Below, piece by piece: positions 56,271-64,000 of a stretch of 64,000 nt of DNA. The number at the start of each line of letters is the position of its first letter. Within the stretch, counting starts at the first letter, position 1. Source of the stretch: Treponema sp. Lineage in GTDB: Bacteria; Spirochaetota; Spirochaetia; Treponematales; Treponemataceae. The DNA lies in contig JAILON010000012.1 of the NCBI GenBank assembly GCA_024690865.1, positions 5,478 through 69,477 on the forward strand, read 5' to 3'. The translations under genes were made by a program, and so were the position numbers. A model generated the notes under the pieces. That model worked only from the letters and a program-made list of their open reading frames with translations. It made no database searches and had not been told where the DNA came from.

Positions 56271-57044
56271 ATGGAGGCTTTTATGGAGAAGTTTTGGTTG
56301 AAGGTGCTGGCGTTTGCCGTGGTGCCCTTGTCTATTGCCGTGGAGGGGGCGTTTGCCCAGGAGGAGGGGGCGGAGGCCAGCTACAACGGCCATACCTACG
56401 TCCTTTTTGAGTCTGGCATGCCTTGGTCGGAAGCGGCGAGCTTCTGCGAGGAGCAGGGCGGACATCTGGTTACGATCAGTTCCCGCGGGGAGCAGAAGAC
56501 CATTACGACCCTGATGAAATCCGGTTCCAAGAAGAACTACTGGATTGGCGGGTGCAAGTCCAATAAAAAGACGGGTCGGTTCTCCTGGGTGACGGGTGAA
56601 AAATTCTCGTTTACGGATTGGAATCCCGGTGCTCCAAGCGACTCCACCCTTGGCAAGAAGAATTCTTTGGTGGCCTACAAGAGCACCGGAAGGTGGAGCG
56701 ACGAAAACGGGGACAAGCCGGGTGGAAATGCGTCCAACCTGAAGAACTATGGCTTCATCTGCGAGTGGGAAGGTCCCCGGTCCGACGGTTCCGTGGCCTC
56801 CGTTTCCGAAAAGACGGAGAAGGCGTCGGGCAAGGCTTCCGAGGCCTCTAGCTCCGGTATGGGAATCAGCCTGTATGCGGGCGAGAAGATCCAGCTCTAT
56901 GCCCCGGAGGGGACGAAGTGGACCAGCTCGGACCATGACGTGGCCCGCGTGAGTCAGAGCGGGCTGGTTTCGGCTTTGTCCGCTGGAACGTCGGTCATTA
57001 CGGCGAAGGGAGTGGGCCGCATTACGATACGCGTTGAGGAGTGA
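56271..57044 (+). CDS. exported C-type lectin domain + Ig-like (Big_2) protein
   Basis: Signal peptide; W..A..FC..GGHLVTI, YWIG, W..G.P and GFICE; WTSSD..VA.V...G.V.A. Confidence 0.87.
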   Translation: MEAFMEKFWLKVLAFAVVPLSIAVEGAFAQEEGAEASYNGHTYVLFESGMPWSEAASFCEEQGGHLVTISSRGEQKTITTLMKSGSKKNYWIGGCKSNKKTGRFSWVTGEKFSFTDWNPGAPSDSTLGKKNSLVAYKSTGRWSDENGDKPGGNASNLKNYGFICEWEGPRSDGSVASVSEKTEKASGKASEASSSGMGISLYAGEKIQLYAPEGTKWTSSDHDVARVSQSGLVSALSAGTSVITAKGVGRITIRVEE

Positions 57045-57208
57045 CGGCTACGGCGGCGCCTAGGGCCGCCGTGTCGACGTTGATTTGATCGTCGTATCGG
57101 GCAGGAACATCCCACCACATCCCGCCCAGCAGGTTCCTCCGGCGGCGCCTGGAGCCGCCGGAATCCATGGGGCTTGCACAGTTTGTAGAGATGCCCTATA
57201 CTTTCCCT

Positions 57209-59704
57209 ATGATTACACTCAAATTCGGCGGAACCAGCATGGGATCCGCCCGTCGTATTCTGGACAGCGCGGACATCATGGTGTCCCGCGCCAAGGATTC
57301 CCGCATTTCCGTCGTTGTCAGCGCGGTCGCCGGGGTCTCAAACAAGCTTCAGGCCGCCATCGACTCCTGTGTGGCGGGCGGGCAGCCTGCCGAATTCGTT
57401 GAGGAAATCAGGGGAACCCACCAGTCGATCTGTTCCGAAATAAAGGGCAGCCTGCCGGAATTCCGGCTGGAAACCGTCAAAGAAACCATAGACAAGCGGC
57501 TTGCCAAGCTTGAAAGCCTGCTTTCCGCCCTCGTGACCTTGGGCGAATGCTCGGCGAGCGCGCACTGCCGCATCATGGGGATGGGCGAGCAGATGAGCAG
57601 CCCCATCGTGGAGGAAGTCCTCCGTTCCAAGGGGCAGAGCGTCGTCCTTCTGGATTCCCGCAAGTTCATCTATACGACCGGCGACCAGAAGGAGGGCGAC
57701 CCCGACTACATCCGCTCGGCGGACGCTTTCTCCGCCTACCGGGACAACGCGGGCGGGGCCGCGAGGATCCTCCTTTTCCCCGGCTTCATCTGCACATGGA
57801 ACGGAGGGACGGACTGCAAGGACCAGCCCGGCCTGCTCGGGCGCAACGGCAGCGACTTTTCCGCCGCGATAATCGGCAGCTGCCTGGGCGCGAGCAAGGT
57901 GGAGTTCTGGACGGACGTGGAGGGCATCTACACCGCAGACCCCCGCATAGTCAGGGACGCAGTCCTTGTCAAGGACATGAGCTACGAGGAGGCGATGGAA
58001 CTTTCCTTCTTCGGCAGCCGCGTCCTGCACCCCAAGACCCTCGCCCCCCTTGCCGCCAAGAACATAGAGGCATGGAGCCTGGATTCCTTCAATCCCAAGG
58101 CCCGTGGAACCAGGATAGGCCGCGGCCCCTTCGAGAGCGAGAGGAAGGCAGGCCCCGTCCGCGGCATCTCCTGCCTGAAGGACTGCGCGATGATCTCCGT
58201 CTCGGGCCCCGGCATGAAGGGCAAGAAGGGGATGGCGGGCCGCATCTTCGCCGCCACCGGCAGCGCGGGCATCTCCGTCCTGCTTATAACCCAGTCCTCC
58301 TCCGAGTACACGATATCATTCTGCGTCCGCAAGTCCGACGCGGCCCGCATACAGGACGTGCTCAAGGCGGAATTCTCGCTTGAGATAGCGACCAAGCTGC
58401 TTGACAAAATCTCCGTGCACGACAACTGTGCCATCGTCTCCATCGTCGGGGACGCGATGAAGAAGAAGCGGGGCGTGGCCGGGACGTTCTTTGACGCGCT
58501 TGCGAGCAAGGACATCAACATCCTGGCAATCGCGCAGGGATCCAGCGAGAGGTCAATCTCGGCCGTCATAGATTCCGCCGACGGTGTCACCGCCGTCCGC
58601 GTCGCCCACAAGTTCTTCTTTGACACGACCCAGTCCATCCAGGTATTCGCATTTGGCTGCGGCACGATAGGCGGAACCCTCCTTGACCAGATTGCCGACC
58701 AGCAGGCCGCCCTCCGCGAGCAGGGGATAGACATCCAGGTCCTGGCGATTGCGAAGGCCCAGAAGATGCTGTTCAACAGCGAGGGGCTGAACCTCCATAG
58801 CTGGCGCGAGGACATAGCCAGCAAGGCGGAGCAGACCGACCTGGAGGACATACTGGACTACGTGCGCAGCGCGAGGCCGCTCAACCCGGTCTTCGTGGAC
58901 TGCACCGCATCCTACAACCTGCCCGAGCGGTATCTTGAAATCTTCAAGGCGGGCATGAGCGTCGCGACACCCAACAAGCGGGCCAACTCGATGGACATGG
59001 ACTACTACGGCAAGCTGCGCGAGACGGCCAACGCCATGCACGTCCGCTTCCTGTACGAAACCAACGTCGGCGCGGGCCTGCCGATAATCGACACCCTGCA
59101 GAACCTCTTCAAGTCGGGCGACAGGCTGACGGGCTTCAACGGCATCATGTCCGGCTCGCTCAGCTACATCTTCGGCCGCCTGGACGAGGGCGTTTCCTTC
59201 AGCAAGGCCGTGCTTGAGGCCAAGGACAAGAAGTTCACCGAGCCCGACCCCCGCGACGACCTGAAGGGGACGGACGTCGCCCGCAAGGCCCTTATCATTG
59301 CCCGTGAGGCGGGGATGTCGCTGGAGCTTTCCGACATACAGATGAATTCGATTTTCCCGGAAGGCTTCGACATAGAGGGCACGACGGAGGAATTCATCGC
59401 CCGCCTGCCGGAGCTGGACGCTTATTTCGCTGACAAGATAGCTGACCTGAATAGGGAAGGCAAGGTCCTGCGCATGGGGGCGAGCATCAAGGACGGAAAG
59501 GTGTCCGTCGGAATGCTGGCCGTCGGGCCGGACGATCCCCTCTATGCGGTCAAGGGCGGCGAGAACGCCTTCGTCTTCCATACGACCCGCTACAATCCGA
59601 TTCCGCTGACGATACGCGGTTACGGGGCGGGTGCGGGAGTTACCGCCGCCGGAGTCTTCGGTGACATCCTGCGCACCGTTTCCTGGAACGTGTCCAGCTT
59701 CTAG
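57209..59704 (+). CDS. thrA: bifunctional aspartate kinase/homoserine dehydrogenase I
   Basis: KFGGTS, VVVSA, LGRNGSD, two ACT domains, G.GTIGG, YETNVGAGLP, EPDPRDDL and GAGAGVTA. Confidence 0.96.
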   Translation: MITLKFGGTSMGSARRILDSADIMVSRAKDSRISVVVSAVAGVSNKLQAAIDSCVAGGQPAEFVEEIRGTHQSICSEIKGSLPEFRLETVKETIDKRLAKLESLLSALVTLGECSASAHCRIMGMGEQMSSPIVEEVLRSKGQSVVLLDSRKFIYTTGDQKEGDPDYIRSADAFSAYRDNAGGAARILLFPGFICTWNGGTDCKDQPGLLGRNGSDFSAAIIGSCLGASKVEFWTDVEGIYTADPRIVRDAVLVKDMSYEEAMELSFFGSRVLHPKTLAPLAAKNIEAWSLDSFNPKARGTRIGRGPFESERKAGPVRGISCLKDCAMISVSGPGMKGKKGMAGRIFAATGSAGISVLLITQSSSEYTISFCVRKSDAARIQDVLKAEFSLEIATKLLDKISVHDNCAIVSIVGDAMKKKRGVAGTFFDALASKDINILAIAQGSSERSISAVIDSADGVTAVRVAHKFFFDTTQSIQVFAFGCGTIGGTLLDQIADQQAALREQGIDIQVLAIAKAQKMLFNSEGLNLHSWREDIASKAEQTDLEDILDYVRSARPLNPVFVDCTASYNLPERYLEIFKAGMSVATPNKRANSMDMDYYGKLRETANAMHVRFLYETNVGAGLPIIDTLQNLFKSGDRLTGFNGIMSGSLSYIFGRLDEGVSFSKAVLEAKDKKFTEPDPRDDLKGTDVARKALIIAREAGMSLELSDIQMNSIFPEGFDIEGTTEEFIARLPELDAYFADKIADLNREGKVLRMGASIKDGKVSVGMLAVGPDDPLYAVKGGENAFVFHTTRYNPIPLTIRGYGAGAGVTAAGVFGDILRTVSWNVSSF

Positions 59705-59804
59705 TGATGATTTCTGTTCTTTTTCGTAAGAGCTGTTCCCGTAAAAGGCCGGGCTGCTGGCGACTGCCGTATGGCTTTGCCGGCCTCTCGGCAAAGGGTA
59801 TCCG

Positions 59805-60329
59805 CTAGCGTTCGTCGTTGATGATGTGGATTATTTCCTGTGCCGCCAGTATCTCTGGAATGCGGGTCCGCAGGAAAGCGGGCTTGATGTTTGTCGTGGA
59901 AATCTGTTCCAGTGGAATCCAGGTCAGTTCCTCTCGTTCGTGGTTCCAGCCGTAGCTTTCGGACCGGAGTTCCCTGCTGCCCCGGCTTTTCATCAGGTAA
60001 TAGAATTCGATGACGTGGCAGTCAAAGCCTTCCAGACTTATTTCCTTTCCTGTGAAGAAATTCTCGCAGACCACGGCGAGCCTGTCCACTTCGTATGGAA
60101 TTCCGGTCTCTTCCTGCACTTCACGGACAGCGCAGTCCCTGGAACTTTCGCCCATGTGTACGCCGCCGCCTACCGTGTAGAAGTGAGGTGCGCTCTTGGT
60201 CTTGACGGCCAGAAAGCAGCCGTCCTCTATGATCAGTGCTCCAGACCTGTAGCGGAACCAGTTTTTCCCGACGGAAAAGCAGCAGTCGGGAAAACCGACC
60301 TTGACTTCTCCGAGCCCAGCCTTGTCCAT
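59805..60329 (-). CDS. NUDIX hydrolase
   Basis: GG.V..GE....AVREVQEETG Nudix box. Confidence 0.9.
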   Translation of the reverse strand: MDKAGLGEVKVGFPDCCFSVGKNWFRYRSGALIIEDGCFLAVKTKSAPHFYTVGGGVHMGESSRDCAVREVQEETGIPYEVDRLAVVCENFFTGKEISLEGFDCHVIEFYYLMKSRGSRELRSESYGWNHEREELTWIPLEQISTTNIKPAFLRTRIPEILAAQEIIHIINDER

Positions 60330-60348
60330 TGCGTTTCCCAGGCTTCCC

Positions 60349-61245
60349 TTATAGGCCCTTCAGCACTTCCTCGTAGTGGACGTGCTGCTTCTCCAGAAGC
60401 TCCATCACGTGGTCTATGACCCGCTGCTTCGGGTCGGCCTCGTCTTCGGGCAGCGATTCCATGTACTCCTTGCGGAAAGGCTTGCACTCTATGACGGGGC
60501 TGGATGCGTAGATCATTTTGGCCGGGGCGATCAGGTCGTTCAGCATGTCATCGTCCTGCAGCTCCAGCATCAGGCCGTTTATACTGACGAGGATCACTAT
60601 GTCGAACAGGCGCAGGTAGCTGTCTATCTCGCGCAGACCCTTCTTGGTCTCTGGGTGGCCGGGGCGGTAGCGTGTCCCTGAGGGGAAGACGAGGATGACC
60701 TCGCCCCGCTTCTTGCAGTCGTCCATCGCGTGCATCGCGGCGAGGTTTATCTTGCGCGCCCGCTGCTCCTCGGCCTTCGCCTCCTCCTCGCTGGCCTGCT
60801 TCTCCTTGCTGCTCAGGCTCCTCGTCGGATAGATGACGACGCGGGTAAAGCTTTCGGCGAAGCTGCGGACGATAGGGTCTTCCTCGTTGAGCTTCATTCC
60901 AGCGATGGCGACGATCCGCTTGGACAGGTCCGCGAGCTTGCTGTTCCCGCAGTGCTCCAGCATGTAGCACAGGACGGGCAGGTCGGTGTTGGCGTAGTGC
61001 TCCATAAGGATGAGGCCCCTCTTGCCAGCGCAGACCTGGTCGTAGAAGTCCTCGAAGTTGGCCATGCCTTCCACCCGGCTTTCGGGCAGCAGGTTGTCCT
61101 GCACGAGCTGGTCCATGAACTTCCTCGTGGCTGGATTGGCCTCTTGGTAGACGTTCGTTCCGTCAATTTTTGCCGCGGCATGGGATAAGGAGGCGAGCTG
61201 CGAAAATATAGCGGCGTATCGTACTCTGAGGGGCAGTTTTTCCAT
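60349..61245 (-). CDS. glycerol-3-phosphate acyltransferase family protein
   Basis: HYANTD (HX4D) and FPSGTR motifs; AGGAG upstream of ATG 61245. Confidence 0.85.
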   Translation of the reverse strand: MEKLPLRVRYAAIFSQLASLSHAAAKIDGTNVYQEANPATRKFMDQLVQDNLLPESRVEGMANFEDFYDQVCAGKRGLILMEHYANTDLPVLCYMLEHCGNSKLADLSKRIVAIAGMKLNEEDPIVRSFAESFTRVVIYPTRSLSSKEKQASEEEAKAEEQRARKINLAAMHAMDDCKKRGEVILVFPSGTRYRPGHPETKKGLREIDSYLRLFDIVILVSINGLMLELQDDDMLNDLIAPAKMIYASSPVIECKPFRKEYMESLPEDEADPKQRVIDHVMELLEKQHVHYEEVLKGL

Positions 61246-61466
61246 ACAAAGACTCCTGAAGACTCCTATAGAATTCGTATCAGTATAACATAGGTTTATT
61301 GGAATTTCAATTGTGTATGCCCTTGTTATGGCTTGTGCCGTCTGCCGGACCGGATGTCTGCCATAACGCCTATTTATGGCTATATAACACGGTTTTTCTG
61401 GAATTTTAGGACGGCCTGTGATAAATTTTGCCCGATAACAAAGACAAGGTGTGTTTTCAGGAAAGT

Positions 61467-61515
61467 CAGTTTCAAAAGCCCGTTGCGACGAAGTCGCGGG
61501 GGCTTCTTGAAACTG
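61467..61515. repeat. palindromic dispersed repeat (copy B)
   Basis: CAGTTTCAAAAGCCC...GCGACGAAGTCGC...GGGCTTCTTGAAACTG. Confidence 0.75.
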
Positions 61516-61622
61516 AACCGAATTAACCTGCGAGGGCCGCAACGGCGCAGAATGCGCCAGCAAGGCCCTCGTGAGCCAGGGCAAAGGTAACCAACTTTTG
61601 CACTGGCTCAGGAGAGCTTTAA

Positions 61623-62939
61623 ATGCGTTTAGGAGCAAAGACAAGAGGTGCCCTTATTTTCATTATTCTTCTTTCCTGCGCCTCCGGCCTGTTGGCTGCG
61701 GAGTCCCTGACGCTCAAGGAGGCCGTAAGCCAAGCCATAGATGGAAACCTCACCATAAAGGAGGGGGCGGTCTCCGTCAAGTCCGCCAAGCGGGCCAGCG
61801 ACTACTCCTGGAACTCCATAAGTCCCAGCATAAAGGCCTCCGGTAGCCTGTCCAAGTCCCTTCCGGAGGAAAAAAGTACGTCCGCCTATGGAAAGGCTTC
61901 CAATGGTGCCCGGATATCCTTGGGGGCCAGCATAAACATAGGTCTGTCCCCGTCCATCGCGACCAGCATCAAGGGGGCCAAGCTGAACTATGAGAAGCAG
62001 CTCATAGACTATGACAGCACGGTCAGGACCATAGAACTGAATGTCCGCAAGGCCTTTTACCAGATCCTGTACGAGCAGGAATACATCGAGTTGCAGGAGA
62101 AGCACGTCGAATCCGCCAAGAAGCAGTACGACACGAACAAGGCCAAGTATGACCGGGGGGTCCTGCCCCGCCTGGACGTGCTGAATTCCCAGATTTCCTA
62201 CCAGAATGCCCAGCTTGCCCTGGACAATGCGAAGACGACCCTCGTGGGCGACATGGCGACGTTCAAGAACCTGCTGGGCCTGCCCCAGAGCAGCAACATA
62301 GAGCTTTCCTGCAGCCTGGACGAGTTCGTGAAGCTTTCCAGCGTGTCGGTTTCGGACGTTTCCACGACGCCCAATACGATCGCATCGTTGGAAAAGCAGG
62401 TGGAGATAGCCAAGAATTCGCTCATGGCGACCAGGCTGGCGGCCTGGGCTCCCAGCCTGTCGGCAGGCTACTCCTACAACCTGTCCACAACGACGGACTC
62501 TTCTACTGACTGGAGCAAGAGCGGCTCGCTCACGATAGGGGTTTCCATTCCCATCGACGGCTTCCTGCCGTGGTCCAGCGGGGCGCAGTCAATCGCCAAG
62601 CAGAAGGACAGCCTGGAGCTCCTTGAGATGCAGCTGGAGGATGCGAAGAATACGCAGCGGATAAACATAGACAACAGCATGAACCAGGTGCGCAACCTCG
62701 TGTCCGCGATAGGGCTTCGCAGGCAGAGCCTGGGATACGCCGAGGAGACCTACCGGCTTACGTTGGATGCCTACAACAACGGAACCAAGGACATTCTGGC
62801 CCTCCAGAATGCCAGGAACGGACTGCTGGAAGCTGGTGTCAACCTGAAGAGCCAAGCCTATAACCTTGCTGTCGCCATACTGAACTTGGAGAACTCCTTG
62901 GGAGTTCCATTCGGGAGCCTTTCGGGTATTGACGAATAA
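61623..62939 (+). CDS. TolC family outer membrane efflux protein
   Basis: Signal peptide, LTLKEAV..A, Y..G....LDVL, and a duplicated helical halves pattern. Confidence 0.9.
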   Translation: MRLGAKTRGALIFIILLSCASGLLAAESLTLKEAVSQAIDGNLTIKEGAVSVKSAKRASDYSWNSISPSIKASGSLSKSLPEEKSTSAYGKASNGARISLGASINIGLSPSIATSIKGAKLNYEKQLIDYDSTVRTIELNVRKAFYQILYEQEYIELQEKHVESAKKQYDTNKAKYDRGVLPRLDVLNSQISYQNAQLALDNAKTTLVGDMATFKNLLGLPQSSNIELSCSLDEFVKLSSVSVSDVSTTPNTIASLEKQVEIAKNSLMATRLAAWAPSLSAGYSYNLSTTTDSSTDWSKSGSLTIGVSIPIDGFLPWSSGAQSIAKQKDSLELLEMQLEDAKNTQRINIDNSMNQVRNLVSAIGLRRQSLGYAEETYRLTLDAYNNGTKDILALQNARNGLLEAGVNLKSQAYNLAVAILNLENSLGVPFGSLSGIDE

Positions 62940-62988
62940 GCATGTAATAAAATAACATTAAAAAATATGAGCAAGGAGATATAGTGGA

Positions 62989-64000
62989 ATGAAGGGTGCC
63001 GTCAAGATTGTCATTGCACTTGCAGTTTGCGCAGCCGTGATTTTCATGGCGTTTACATATATGAAGAACTCCTCTGGAAAGAAGCAGATGGGGCCGGGAG
63101 GTCCCGGCGGGGGAAGGCCAGCCGCGGGGGGCTGGTGCCCAAGGTGGCGGTGCTCCTGCTGGCGCCCCTGCCCAAGGCGGCGCGTCGAATGGCGCAGGCC
63201 AGGCTGCGGGAGGAGCGCCCGGTGCTGGTGCGGCAGGCAAAGCCGGCGGAACAGGGAAGGGCGGTGCCCAAGGGGTCGGCGGACAGGCGGCCGGTAAGGG
63301 CGCGCAGGGGGGCAAGGGCGGGACGCCCGGCGGCGGATTTGGCGGCATGTCGTCGCAGTCCACCAACTTGATTTCCGTCCGCACCCTTGTGGCGGAAGTC
63401 ACTCCCCTGCAGGACTACGTGAACACGACCGGTGAGATAGAGCCGACCAGCAGCGTGGACGTGTTCCCCGACATCGGGGGCAAGATCCAGTCCGTCAGCG
63501 TCAGCCTCGGCAGCTACGTCAAGAAGGGGGCAGCCCTGATGAAGGTGAACCCCTCCACTCCGGGAACCCAGTATGCGCTCAACACGGTCTATGCGCCGAT
63601 TTCCGGCACGGTCACCTCGCTCAAGGTCAAGACCGGCAACACGGTCACGGCTGGCACGGCGGTGGTTACGATAGGGAACGTGGATGAGCTGCAGGTGACG
63701 GCGAGTGTCCCCGAGCGCAACGTCGCCTCGCTCAAGAAGGGGCTCAAGGCGGATATCGTTCTGGAAGCCTATCCCGGCCAGGTTTTCGTTGCGTCTATCG
63801 TTCGCATCTCCCCGGTCGTGGACAGCTCCAGCCGCACCAAGTCCGTCACCCTTGAGTTCGACAAGAAGGACAGCCGTATAAACGCGGGCATGTTCGCCAA
63901 GGTTAAGCTCTACACGGACGTATTTGGAGGATGTCCGGTCATCCCGGAGACGGCGGTGCTGGAAAAGTCCGGGACCAAGTACATCTATGTGGTCAACGCG
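62989..64000 (+). CDS. RND efflux periplasmic adaptor subunit, 3'-partial, frameshifted in its Gly-rich linker
   Basis: After a +1 shift near 63126-63131 the frame reads ...TGEIEP..VDVFPDIGGKI..G..VKKG..APISGTV..SPVVD..SRT..GMFA and stays open to the window end. Confidence 0.88.

Overview
GC-rich bacterial chromosomal window, most likely from a gut or rumen Treponema-like spirochaete (inferred from lipoproteins, BspA-type LRR proteins, an FGE-sulfatase protein, and flgM next to rsmI). It holds about 50 genes: housekeeping genes (rsmI, flgM, mnmE, dusB, galE, thrA, tRNA-Val(CAC), a CymR/metB/patB sulfur operon), two flavinylated extracytosolic reductases, and an 11-gene amino-sugar/ACP/adenylation/KAS-III glycan-tailoring cluster. 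Accessory patches include decayed RHS/BspA/Rpn pieces at 1-2920, an aadE-RhuM string, and a surface-protein/AAA-ATPase patch at 38.6-43.5 kb. Best leads: (1) a 5'-truncated Rpn nuclease followed by a 333-bp-period array of separately translatable C-terminal (RpnS-like antitoxin) cassettes under apparent purifying selection; (2) the glycan-tailoring cluster, whose adenylation gene has an AT-rich substrate-pocket segment; (3) a homologous promoter-leader-terminator cassette in front of two unrelated surface-protein genes; (4) 33-bp-period arrays upstream of both AAA_14/DUF4143-type ATPase genes; (5) a dispersed palindrome family with compensatory base changes; (6) a recurring leaderless-gene layout. 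All calls were made by eye from motifs; no database searches were run.
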